From: Fidelibacterota bacterium | GTDB taxonomy: Bacteria > Fidelibacterota > UBA8477 > JABMPR01 | NCBI GenBank assembly: GCA_021736185.1 | Contig: JAIPGJ010000004.1 | Span: 1-56,985 of the forward strand | DNA length: 56,985 nucleotides | Direction of reading: 5' to 3' | In this document: in pieces, positions 18,784-29,200 of the stretch | Numbering within the stretch: position 1 is the first letter of the stretch | Layout: each line of letters opens with the position of its first letter | Notes under the pieces: model-generated | Database searches by the model: none | What the model saw: the letters and a program-made list of their open reading frames with translations, nothing else | Told to the model about the DNA's origin: nothing | Position numbers and translations under genes: made by a program

Positions 18784-20415
18784 ATGGCAGATAAAATTGT
18801 CCGCGTCCCCCAGGCATCAAACGAGCCAATATTAGACTACGCGCCGGGATCTCAGGAAAAAGCAGATCTATTAAATATTCTAAACAAAATGAAGTCAGAG
18901 ATCGTTGACATTCCCCTCATTATTGGCGGAAAAGAGATTTTTACAGGTGAGACTGGCAGGAATGTCATGCCCCATGATCACCAACATGTTCTGGCAACCT
19001 ACCATATGGCCGGAACAAAGGAAATTAAGCAGGCTATTGAGGCTTCTCAGAATGCCTGGAAAACCTGGTCGGTGATGCCCTGGGAATCACGGGTAGCTAT
19101 ATTCAAGAAAATGGCTGTATTACTGGCTGGTCCCTACCGAAACATTATCAATGCTGCCACTATGCTGGGTCAGAGTAAAAACGCATACCAGGCTGAAATC
19201 GATTCGGCCTGCGAATTGATCGACTTTTTCAATTTTAATGCGGGATATCTCCAGGAGATTTACGCTCAGCAACCCGCTTATTCTCCGAATGGGACGTGGA
19301 ATCAAGTAGAACACCGACCCCTGGAAGGGTTCGTATTTGCCGTTACTCCATTCAACTTCACTTCCATCGCTGGAAATTTACCCACTGCACCCGCCCTCAT
19401 GGGGAATGTAGCGCTCTGGAAACCAGCATCGTCTGCTGTATATTCCGGCTATTTTCTCATGAAAATGTTTGAAGAAGCGGGACTGCCTGATGGCGTCATC
19501 AACTTCATCCCTGGCAAAGGTTCGATTGTAGGACCCAAGGTCATGGAAAGTGAACATCTTGCGGGCATTCATTTTACAGGGTCCACAGCAGTTTTCCAGA
19601 ATATGTGGAAGACCGTTGGAAATAATATTGCCAGCTATAAAACCTATCCCCGTATCGTGGGGGAAACCGGTGGCAAAGATTTCATCGTTGCCCATGAATC
19701 TACTGATATTGAAGTATTGCGAACTGCGGTCATCCGTGGAGCCTTCGAATATCAGGGACAAAAGTGCTCCGCAGCTTCACGTGTGTATGTCCCACGATCT
19801 ATGTGGTCTGAATTTAAGGAAAGCTACATTTCTGAAGTCGCCAAAATAAAAGTCGGTGATGTGGAAGATTTTGGGAATTTTATGAATGCCGTGATTGATA
19901 AAGGCGCTTTCAGTGATATCACCGCGTTCATTGACTATGCCAGTAGCCACAAGGATGCTGAAATAATTACTGGTGGCAAGTATGATGATTCCGTGGGTTA
20001 CTTCATTGAGCCAACGACCATCGTGACAAGTGATCCTCATTTTAAAACCATGGAAGAGGAGATATTTGGTCCAGTTGTTACCATTTACGTCTATGATGAA
20101 ACGTGGAGTGATATTCTGGATATCGTTGATGCGACGAGTCCTTATGCTCTGACAGGCGCTATTCTGGCCAAAGATAGACATGCCATCCAGCTGGCCCTGG
20201 AAAAACTGCGCCATAGTGCTGGAAATTTTTACATCAATGACAAACCCACAGGAGCAGTTGTTGGACAGCAGCCATTCGGCGGCAGTCGCGCATCTGGAAC
20301 CAATGATAAGGCGGGCTCAATATTCAATTTAATTCGCTGGATATCGCAGCGGACCATCAAAGAGAATTTTTTGCCACCTACTGAATTTCCCTACCCCTTT
20401 ATGGATAAAGAGTAG
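18784..20415 (+). CDS. pruA: 1-pyrroline-5-carboxylate (glutamate-semialdehyde) dehydrogenase
   Basis: NEPILDYAPGS, QAEIDSACELIDF, PFNFTSI, GETGGKDF, FEYQGQKCSA, QQPFGGSRASGTNDKAG. Confidence 0.95.
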   Translation: MADKIVRVPQASNEPILDYAPGSQEKADLLNILNKMKSEIVDIPLIIGGKEIFTGETGRNVMPHDHQHVLATYHMAGTKEIKQAIEASQNAWKTWSVMPWESRVAIFKKMAVLLAGPYRNIINAATMLGQSKNAYQAEIDSACELIDFFNFNAGYLQEIYAQQPAYSPNGTWNQVEHRPLEGFVFAVTPFNFTSIAGNLPTAPALMGNVALWKPASSAVYSGYFLMKMFEEAGLPDGVINFIPGKGSIVGPKVMESEHLAGIHFTGSTAVFQNMWKTVGNNIASYKTYPRIVGETGGKDFIVAHESTDIEVLRTAVIRGAFEYQGQKCSAASRVYVPRSMWSEFKESYISEVAKIKVGDVEDFGNFMNAVIDKGAFSDITAFIDYASSHKDAEIITGGKYDDSVGYFIEPTTIVTSDPHFKTMEEEIFGPVVTIYVYDETWSDILDIVDATSPYALTGAILAKDRHAIQLALEKLRHSAGNFYINDKPTGAVVGQQPFGGSRASGTNDKAGSIFNLIRWISQRTIKENFLPPTEFPYPFMDKE

Positions 20416-20489
20416 GGGATAATAATCCCAGCTCGGTTGGAAAATTTGCTTGATTTGAACCAAGATATCACTGAAAGTGTCATCCAAAA

Positions 20490-21167
20490 ATGAGCGATTT
20501 TGAGCAACTCCATATCAATGGCAGAAGTGTCTTACATCGGCCAGCTATTCATTCGGAACAGGTAAAAGCCAGTCTCATTTTATTACATGGATATGGTGCC
20601 GACGAATATGACCTCATGGGTCTGTCGAGCTATTTCGATGAAAATATTCAAGTGTTAAGTATCAGGGGCAGCAGTGTCACTCCGTACGGTGGTGCCTCGT
20701 GGTTTGATATTGACATGCTGGCAGATGGGAGTCTCAGGTTTCATATCGATCAGGCCAAAAATAGCGCGGAGGGAGTGATTGAAGTCATCACTGAGCTCAA
20801 ACGGGAAGGAGTCATTCAGTCAAATCGACTGATTATGGCAGGTTTTAGTCAGGGAGCTACCATTGCAAATCTGATCGCCTTCCAAAAACCTGAGCTTATT
20901 CAAGCATTGCTCATCATGAGCGGACGACTGCCTGAAGATGTGGTAGAACTCTCTGGCGATGTCTCAAGATATCAGGGTTTGCCTGTTTTTGCAGGACATG
21001 GATTAAATGATAATGTCATTCCCATAGAATATGGTCGCCAGATTGTGGGCTTTTGGGATTCAATATCTGACCTGGAACATTTTGAATATCCTATGGGCCA
21101 CGAAATATCTCAGAATGAACTCATGGATATCCAGAAGTGGATGGAAAAGGTATTAGCCAGGTCCTGA
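20490..21167 (+). CDS. Phospholipase/carboxylesterase (alpha/beta hydrolase)
   Basis: LLHGYGA, GFSQGA nucleophile, HGLNDNVI, MGHEI. Confidence 0.9.
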   Translation: MSDFEQLHINGRSVLHRPAIHSEQVKASLILLHGYGADEYDLMGLSSYFDENIQVLSIRGSSVTPYGGASWFDIDMLADGSLRFHIDQAKNSAEGVIEVITELKREGVIQSNRLIMAGFSQGATIANLIAFQKPELIQALLIMSGRLPEDVVELSGDVSRYQGLPVFAGHGLNDNVIPIEYGRQIVGFWDSISDLEHFEYPMGHEISQNELMDIQKWMEKVLARS

Positions 21168-21245
21168 CATAAAATCAATCCGAAATGATTATTTATATTG
21201 TCACTTTTGTAGATGCGAGGCATCTATTATAAAAGAGGAGTGAAT

Positions 21246-21950
21246 ATGAAATTTAAAAGATTGAGTATTTTATTGATAGTGGGTGTCATATTATTTTCGT
21301 GTAACGACAAATCTGGTGATACCAGCAGTGATATACCCATAAATGTATCAGGGGAAATTCGTGATGGTTATCGCCATCTGCCTATAGATTTTAGAAGTGA
21401 TTCGATTCAGTTGGTCGTGTATCGGGGTGACTATGTAAAGTTTGATCTAAATGATCAAGGGGATCCTCAGGTAGAATACTCCTTGAATATTCCTGAACTG
21501 GGCGTGGATGCCCTTCTCAAGGATAACACCTCAGAGCAGCCCTATTTCAAAATGAAGACGACGGGCCAGTACCCGTTCATGATTGGACAGAAGCTGGGGG
21601 AACTTGAGGTAATGGAGCTTCGTCAATCGAACTATCGTGAACTGTCAGCGGAGGAAGCCTGGCAACTTCTCATGGACAATCCGCCACTGCTGCTGGATGT
21701 TCGGACAAAAGAAGAATATAATCGAGGATATATCAAGGGGGCCATACTCATCCCTTTGCAAGAACTCCAGGCACGTGCAGGCGAGCTTGAGAAATACCAG
21801 AATAACCCCATTCTCATTTATTGTGCTACAGGTAATCGCAGCACCACCGCTTCCAAAATTCTATTGGATCGGGGATACAAGGATGTTATGAACTTACGTA
21901 TGGGCATTATGGGCTGGGCTAGTAAAGGCTACAATATCCAGTTTCAGTAA
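21246..21950 (+). CDS. Lipoprotein with C-terminal rhodanese domain
   Basis: LFSC lipobox; LLDVRT.EEY, YCATGNRS active site. Confidence 0.85.
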   Translation: MKFKRLSILLIVGVILFSCNDKSGDTSSDIPINVSGEIRDGYRHLPIDFRSDSIQLVVYRGDYVKFDLNDQGDPQVEYSLNIPELGVDALLKDNTSEQPYFKMKTTGQYPFMIGQKLGELEVMELRQSNYRELSAEEAWQLLMDNPPLLLDVRTKEEYNRGYIKGAILIPLQELQARAGELEKYQNNPILIYCATGNRSTTASKILLDRGYKDVMNLRMGIMGWASKGYNIQFQ

Positions 21951-21965
21951 AATCACCTCTAAAAC

Positions 21966-22009
21966 AAAAAGAGAGGCTTTCTCAGAACATGAGATGGCCT
22001 CTTTTTTTT
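21966..22009. terminator. Intrinsic terminator-like hairpin
   Basis: AGAGGC..TCTCA-GAACA-TGAGA..GCCTCT flanked by A and T runs. Confidence 0.7.
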
Positions 22010-22216
22010 AGCCACGGATGTACACGTATTTTCACTGATAGGAACAGGCAATGGTTGCCCAAACCAAGGCAGATGCGTTTTGGAAGGTGTTCTGGTGAAG
22101 TGTCTGCATCTCAACCTAAACCCAGTTTACTCTATACCTTTATACCCTCGACATTTTTTAAAAAAAAGGTCACCCTTTTGGGACAGCCTCTTTTTTAATA
22201 TCAATTATTTTCAGGA

Positions 22217-22603
22217 CTAAGAATTAAGACAACTTTTACAGGTCCCTTCGAGCTCGAGATGAAAAGACTCAACCTGAAAATCATGCTTTTCTGCAAAGGA
22301 TTTGATGATTGCTTGATCAATCATTTCAACATCATACCATTTACCGCAAACTGCGCAGCGAAAATGATCGTGGTGCCCAATATTTCCATCGTAACGAACC
22401 ATGGACTCATCTTTGAGTTTGATAATTCGCCCGGTCTCAACCAGCTGATTCAAATTACGATATACCGTTCCGAGGCTAATATTAGGAATTCGCTTTCTGG
22501 TTTCTTTATATATCCAATCTGCATTGGGGTGGACCAGGGTACTCTGAACTACTTCAAGAATAGTTTCTCTTTGTTTGCTGTATCTTTGTTTAATTGCTTC
22601 CAT
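22217..22603 (-). CDS. perR: Fur-family regulator, PerR-like
   Basis: HPNADWIY, PNISLGTVYRNL, RYDG..HHDHFRCAVC, CKSC. Confidence 0.75.
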   Translation of the reverse strand: MEAIKQRYSKQRETILEVVQSTLVHPNADWIYKETRKRIPNISLGTVYRNLNQLVETGRIIKLKDESMVRYDGNIGHHDHFRCAVCGKWYDVEMIDQAIIKSFAEKHDFQVESFHLELEGTCKSCLNS

Positions 22604-22642
22604 ATTGTGGTAAAGCTAAACATAACCTGAGAGATTTCAAGC

Positions 22643-22663
22643 TAATAGTAATAGTTACTATTA
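22643..22663. promoter_or_regulatory. Perfect inverted-repeat operator upstream of the PerR-like gene
   Basis: TAATAGTAA-TAG-TTACTATTA, 40 bp upstream of the start codon. Confidence 0.75.
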
Positions 22664-22669
22664 ACTCTG

Positions 22670-24043
22670 CTATTTCGCATGGCGTTGGAGAATTCGCCAC
22701 GCAGCTGGATATTTGTTGCGAATTTGACCTGTAGCCAGAACATGCATCCAACCCAATCCGTATCCTTGATGAACCATCAGGTTGTAGCCGATTGGATAGT
22801 CATGGCCGTGGCTGGCATTCATATGGGCCAGGTAGTCCAGAGCGGCTTCTGAGTCGAGCTCGATGGTCTGAATATGCCGCGAGATAGATTGACTCAAGGC
22901 CAATTCCGGGGAGGGCTTCAGATCACCATGATATACTTTTCCCATGTATAAACCGGAACTGGTAATCCGTAGAGCCTTGCTGATGGTTAAATAGTCTTCA
23001 TAGATAGATCTGGGAATAGCGAAGCGGTGCTCTGCTCGATTGATAAATGTATATCTGTCCGGTAAATGCAACCATTTATGGTCTTCCTCAGTCGCCGGTT
23101 CAGAATATTTGCTATGTGATGATCTATGACTTTTGGAACTTAGGTTTGGAGGCTCATTTTTTTTAAATGCTGCAATAAAAAATCCTTCACCCTGGGTTCG
23201 GTGCGGGTAAAAGCGATATCCTGTGCTTTTGGGACCTGTTCGAACCACCCCCCAGAATGAAGGAATCTCCAGAGCCAGAGGAATCAATCCAGATTCTTGC
23301 TCCAACCATTGCATATTTTCTTCATTTTCCTCCTGAGAAAAGGTACAGGTGCTGTAAATCAAGATCCCATTATTGGCAAGGGATGGGTAAATTTCTGCCA
23401 AAATGCGTTTTTGACGGCTGGAACAATGAGCCACATTTTGCGCTGACCATTCTTGGATGGCCCCATAATCCTTTCTCATCAAACCCTCTCCCGAACAAGG
23501 GGCATCAACCAGGATAAGGTCAAAGAAGTTGGGAAGTGTTTTAAAATATTTGGGATCACTTTGCGTGACAATATGATTGTCCCCACCCCAGCGTGTTAAG
23601 TTTTGACGTAAAACTTTATTCCTGGAAGGGAGAATCTCATTGGCAACGAGAAGTGAGTCTTTGGTGAGAAGCGATTGTAAATGGGTTGCCTTGCCCCCTG
23701 GAGCAGCACTGAGATCCAACACACGCAGGTCGTTATCGAGAGCCGCTACACTCCTCACGACGTGGGCCAGGAACATGGAAGAAGCTTCCTGAACATAATA
23801 TGTGCCGGCATGAAACAGTGGATCGTCGGTGAATCTCGGTCGTGATTCCAGATATTTACCATGATCAGCCCAGGGTATATCAGTGGCATCGGCGTAGCGG
23901 TCCGTTGGTTTGCCGGGATTTAGGCGTATAGAAATGGGGGGAGGGGCATCCAGCGCTGTCTGGAATTGATCAAACTCATCGCCAAGTTGACCCCTGAGAC
24001 GAATTTCCAGAGCAATGGGTAGTTTGATATGTGGACCGATCAT
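22670..24043 (-). CDS. RsmB/NOP-family (RsmF-like) rRNA m5C methyltransferase
   Basis: YYVQEASSM, LDLSAAPGGK, LVDAPCSGEG, YSTCT, EGFF; C-terminal NKYP..WR. Confidence 0.9.
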   Translation of the reverse strand: MIGPHIKLPIALEIRLRGQLGDEFDQFQTALDAPPPISIRLNPGKPTDRYADATDIPWADHGKYLESRPRFTDDPLFHAGTYYVQEASSMFLAHVVRSVAALDNDLRVLDLSAAPGGKATHLQSLLTKDSLLVANEILPSRNKVLRQNLTRWGGDNHIVTQSDPKYFKTLPNFFDLILVDAPCSGEGLMRKDYGAIQEWSAQNVAHCSSRQKRILAEIYPSLANNGILIYSTCTFSQEENEENMQWLEQESGLIPLALEIPSFWGVVRTGPKSTGYRFYPHRTQGEGFFIAAFKKNEPPNLSSKSHRSSHSKYSEPATEEDHKWLHLPDRYTFINRAEHRFAIPRSIYEDYLTISKALRITSSGLYMGKVYHGDLKPSPELALSQSISRHIQTIELDSEAALDYLAHMNASHGHDYPIGYNLMVHQGYGLGWMHVLATGQIRNKYPAAWRILQRHAK

Positions 24044-24272
24044 TGTGGAAACTAAGAGGGGAAGCGCAAAAAGAAATCAATAAGAGCGGAGGGAAATCTC
24101 CTTTTGTAGCTTCGCTTTAGCAATAAAAACTTTGCGCAATTGATAATTACAGGCACTATATTTGCATTAGTATTATCTTGGAGTAATAATTGCCAAAAAG
24201 CACCAATATTCTAAAGAATCTATCATCGAAGACATTCTTTCTGAATAGTAAATAATTTGAAGGAGTTTGAGT

Positions 24273-25571
24273 ATGTCATTATTGAAAAAAAAGTTAGAAC
24301 AAATCATCCCTCCATTTCGTGACGAGGTTGCAGAAATACGCAAGAATCATGGCGACAAAAAGTTATGTGATGTGACAGTTGCCCAGGCATACGGCGGTAT
24401 GCGAGGTGTAAAAGTTATGATCACTGAAACTTCTGCTCTGGATCCTGAGGAAGGGATTCGCTTTCGTGGGTATACGATTCCTGAGCTTCAGGAAAAATTA
24501 CCCCATGCTGCAGAAGGTGAGGAGCCCTTGCCGGAAGGTTTGTTTTACCTCCTGATGACCGGTGAACTACCCACAGAAGAAAATATTGCTGAAATCACCA
24601 AAGAATGGCAGGAAAGGGGAACTCTCCCTGCCCATGTCTATAAAGCCATCGATGCACTTCCCAAAACTACCCATCCTATGACTCAGTTCTCTGTTGGAAT
24701 TGTTGCTCAGCAGACTGAATCGATTTTTGCTGCGGAATACCGGGAAGGGATCAATAAACTTGATTATTGGAAACCAGTCTATGAAGACACCATGAATCTG
24801 CTTGCTCGTCTTCCAGCTCTGGCAGCATACATTTATCGTCGTTCATACAAGGATGGAAAAATTATTCCTGCTGATCCAACACTTGACTGGGGTGGTAACT
24901 TCGCTCACATGATGGGTTTTGACACGAAGATGTTCAGAGAACTCATGAGAATATACCTGACCATTCATGCCGATCATGAGGGTGGGAATGTATCCGCACA
25001 CACGACACATCTTGTCGGATCAACCTTGTCTGATGTCTATTATGCCTTATCAGCTGGCATGAATGGACTGGCTGGTCCCCTTCACGGTCTGGCAAATCAG
25101 GAAGTCTTACGCTGGATTATGGATGTAAAAGAGCAGCTCGGGGGTGGTGTGCCCACGATGGAAGATTTGAAGAAATTCGTTTGGGATACACTGGCTTCGG
25201 GCAATGTGGTTCCTGGGTATGGACATGCAGTGCTGCGTAAAACGGACCCTCGCTATTCAGCACAGCGGGAATTTGCCCTCAAGCATATGCCGGATGACGA
25301 ACTCTTCCAGGTCGTAAGTATGCTTTATGAAGTGGTTCCACCTATTTTACTGGAACAGGGAAAAGCCAAGAATCCATGGCCAAACGTGGATGCACATTCA
25401 GGTGTACTATTGGTTCACAATGGGATGCATGAGTACGATTTTTATACTGTACTTTTTGGTGTCTCGCGTGCCATGGGCGTGTTGGCATCTACCGTCTGGG
25501 ACCGGGCTATTGGCTTGCCTCTGGAGCGACCAAAATCCCTCACAACCCAATACATTAAATCCATTTTGTAA
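24273..25571 (+). CDS. gltA: Citrate synthase, eukaryotic type
   Basis: YGGMRG, EGIRFRG, IHADHEGGNVSAH, GLAGPLHGLANQEV, PGYGHAVLRKTDPR, PWPNVDAHSG. Confidence 0.95.
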   Translation: MSLLKKKLEQIIPPFRDEVAEIRKNHGDKKLCDVTVAQAYGGMRGVKVMITETSALDPEEGIRFRGYTIPELQEKLPHAAEGEEPLPEGLFYLLMTGELPTEENIAEITKEWQERGTLPAHVYKAIDALPKTTHPMTQFSVGIVAQQTESIFAAEYREGINKLDYWKPVYEDTMNLLARLPALAAYIYRRSYKDGKIIPADPTLDWGGNFAHMMGFDTKMFRELMRIYLTIHADHEGGNVSAHTTHLVGSTLSDVYYALSAGMNGLAGPLHGLANQEVLRWIMDVKEQLGGGVPTMEDLKKFVWDTLASGNVVPGYGHAVLRKTDPRYSAQREFALKHMPDDELFQVVSMLYEVVPPILLEQGKAKNPWPNVDAHSGVLLVHNGMHEYDFYTVLFGVSRAMGVLASTVWDRAIGLPLERPKSLTTQYIKSIL

Positions 25572-25592
25572 AAGCGGGGATCAGACCAATAC

Positions 25593-25627
25593 AAAGCCCT
25601 GGGTAATGCCGGGGCTTTTATTTTTTT
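25593..25627 (+). terminator. Intrinsic terminator after gltA
   Basis: AAAGCCCTGG-GTAATG-CCGGGGCTTT followed by a T run. Confidence 0.8.
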
Positions 25628-25762
25628 AGGCTGATTTCTTCCTCGAGCAAATAATCATATTTTATTAGGTTGACTACTGGGGATAAATAAATTTCACGAC
25701 CACCAGTTAGATATTTTGTTTAATCGGTTTTCGTCTGGAGTTTTTTTGGGGAAATATTTTTC

Positions 25763-26200
25763 ATGCAATTAAAAGATACTCGTGTGCTCATCGTTGAAGA
25801 TGAGATTGTAGTTGCCAGTGAAATTAAACTACGCCTTGAGGCTATGGGATATGGCGTAATGGGGATTGTTAATAATGGTAGAGATGCTATTACTCGGGCC
25901 AATGAGCATTATCCTGACGTGATCCTTATGGACATCACTCTAAAAGGCAAGATGAACGGCCTGGAAGCAGCTCGGGAAATCAGTAGAGAGACCGATATTC
26001 CCGTAATATTTATTACTGCCCACACTGATAAGCCAACACTTGACTCTGCCCGCGAAGCGAGCTCGCATGGTATTTTCACGAAGCCATTTAGTGATGATGA
26101 ATTAATGGCAGCCATTCAACAAGCCACTATTTCCAAGCTGATGACGAATTATCTTAAGGACAAAGATGAAGCAGATGGCGATTTGGAGGACCCGGAGTAA
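25763..26200 (+). CDS. Single-domain response regulator (receiver)
   Basis: LIVEDE, ILMDITL..KMNG, FITA, TKPF; acidic tail, no output domain. Confidence 0.9.
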   Translation: MQLKDTRVLIVEDEIVVASEIKLRLEAMGYGVMGIVNNGRDAITRANEHYPDVILMDITLKGKMNGLEAAREISRETDIPVIFITAHTDKPTLDSAREASSHGIFTKPFSDDELMAAIQQATISKLMTNYLKDKDEADGDLEDPE

Positions 26201-26208
26201 GTCCTCAG

Positions 26209-29200
26209 TTATAAATATTTAACCAGCCCCCCCTGATCTTTTTCAATAATAAAACCAAATTTATAAAAATACCCCGGATGTAAAAATCCAGTTGTGATCA
26301 TCTTCTTCTGGGAATTTCTCATCCGATTGACAAATTCGTTTAACAGGCCCCTGCTGACCCCGCTGCCTCGATGATTCTCTGAGACGACGACTTTATCCAT
26401 ATAGACCACATCATCCCCCTGGTCGAGGTAAAAGAGTCCACCTATAACGCTACCCTTCTTATTTATTGCTACCAGGAATTTATGCTCGTGGGTAAAATTA
26501 ACATCCATTCGAGCTTTTATAAAATGCTGCTGAAGCTGAATTATTTCCTTGGGGTGCATCGCTCTGCGAATACGAAAGGTGGTGCCCTTGCTATCATGCC
26601 TGGAAATCATAATTTCAATTTCATCCAAAGCAGTGGATCGGGTGGCGATAAGTTCAATATCTTCACTGGGTGGCAGCTCTGGGAATGCCAGCCGCTTAAG
26701 AAAAAATGAGCTATATTCCTCCATTTCATTTGATCCAATATATTGACTGATTTCACTTTGGAGTGTGCCCCCATCGATGGCGTGTTGCCGCTGATTTCTT
26801 CCCAGATGGGTCAAATATGCTTTTAATTGTGCATCAGCTTCAGAAAATACTGTATTCATAAATAGTTGAACACGGGCATCAGGGTATTCGGGCTCACTGT
26901 CCTGGATATTGTAATCTCGGTATAAATCCTTCAAAAAGTGAGCTTTTGCATTGAGAGTAGCCCCCTGGTTGATGGAGAGCCAACGATGATAACGGCGCGT
27001 TGCGAAATAAACAGATTTTGGCTGAAAACCTTTCTGCTCAACCCAATCCAAAAACTGGAGCAGATCTTTACGCCGTGGTGTGCTGGTATGCTCATTTTCC
27101 AGAATCTCATTGAAAAAATCTGGACAATGCTTTTGCCCCAAAGCCTCCCTCATGGCGTGATAAAGTATTTCTGTCCCCACCTTGAGATTGAATTTGGGGA
27201 ACTCCTGCTCGGTGGCTCTAATAAATAATCTTTCCAGATTCTCAATAAACTCAAGGCCGGATGTTACTTCTGTGATACCTGCAATTGAAACCAGGCGACC
27301 GCCCACGTGATAATCGTGTATGGGGACGATTATTTTTCCTGGACTGGGAATAGAAATCATTTTCTTAAAACGGGTCCGCTTCCAGAAACTTGTGTAGGTC
27401 AATACTGCAGTCCAGACAAAATGGGGCCATATATGTTCGGGGGAGGGCATTTCATCTGAGGAACCGGCCCAGATAGCCTGTTTCAAATATTCACGAACTG
27501 TTAGCCCCGAAATAAATTCTTCTGACCACAGGTCTTGTTCTGGTTTATAGCATCCCAGGGTCTCGACCAACTGGTTAAATTGATTGTCACGGGAACAGGC
27601 CATGAGCCAGAATAATTCAGTGTTGACCTGTTCTGAAGTCAATTCATCATTCAAATTAAGAGCGAATTTATAGCTCCCATCACTACTCTGAACTGTTACC
27701 CGGTAAACAGTTTTCCCATGCGCACTGGCCAATAGATTGATCCAAATACCTTGAGGTGGAATTTTCCTCAAACTGAGTTGCTTCCCTTCAAAAAGCAGGT
27801 ACATCGACTCATTCAGTAAAGATGTATTGATAAAAGCTGAAGTAATTCGTTTACGATGTGGTGAGGTGACAGGTTTGTCGAAAAGCAAAACATCCTCCCA
27901 GTCCAGAGTTTGCTCGTGCTGAATGTTTCCAGTATCAGGATCCATGGCTTGCATTGATTGAGAAAAGTTTTCATTCAAGGCTGCATAGGTGCCAAGGATT
28001 TTTTGGGTAATATTACTTTTTGCAGGGAGATTGACAATTGAGCTGATCATGGCAGCTCTGATAGTGGCATAGTATCTGGGGAATTGCTTGGACCATGAAA
28101 AAAGAATCCCCAGAACATTTTCAAAAAGAATGGAAGACTTCTCCGCCTGAGACTCTTGACTGGATAACCATTTCAGGTAGTTGGAGGCGAGTCCAACTTT
28201 TTGAATATTGATGTTTGACCAGGAGGAAATATCGGAATTGATATTAAACAGCACTTTTCTTCCCAGAGCGTAGGTGACAATTCTTTCCAGATCATTAGCA
28301 GGAAAGAGTGCCACCACCTGTTCTACAGCAAATTGAGATTGAAGCAGATCATCAGATCGGATGAGACGTAGAAAAGCATATCGGACAATATTTCTGATGC
28401 TATCGTTGGAATTTGAGTAGATTCGATTCAAAAGACGAAAGGCGGGTTGAGAGGGGCGCAGGGTTTGAGAATAAACCATTAAAATGACTGGATACAAGGT
28501 TTCGAGGGAATATTCCGAATGACTCAATGCTTTTTCTATATCAGATTCCGCCTGCTGTTTGTCCTCCCTGGAAAATTCCAGATCAGTCCAGGTTCCAGGA
28601 AGTAAGTCTGGACTCAGATTGACTGGTTTTATTCTCAAATGAGAATAATCCAGAAATTCTTCTAATTCAAGGTTCCCAAGGCAATAGGCAGGTTGTCTAA
28701 TAAATTCCTCAAATTGAAGGATATTTCCCTGAAACTGGTAGAAAAATGATCCAATCCGAATCTCGTCAATCCCTCGTTCAATTCTCAGAGAATATCGCTT
28801 ATTCCTATGCTTGAGAATTTTATCCTCAATGAGCAGGTCATTTTGAGTCCAACCTCGCTGTAGAAATACCCAATTAGGTATTTGAACCTCCAGGTCTTCC
28901 ATGAAAAACGATTTGTAGGGCCTTTCATACAGGGAATCAACCGTCGTTTTGAAGTGTTCCAGAATGATTGATCGTTTAAAGGTTCCCTTTTCTGTCAACT
29001 CACCTAAATCCTTCTTGAAATCCCGGTCTACCTGACGGAAATCGACAATTCTTTCAAAGGGAGCTAAAAATGAATTCACGGAGTGAATCACATTGGCTAA
29101 ATAGTCTCGTACTTTTTGCTCATCGGCCCAGATGGTCTTCACATCTTTATGCTTCTTATTCAATCTCACCAAGGCTGTATTATAGGGCATATGATCACCC

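Noticed and set aside
21989-22198. 69-aa ORF
   Set aside because: It runs through two terminator hairpins, has no RBS and has non-protein-like composition
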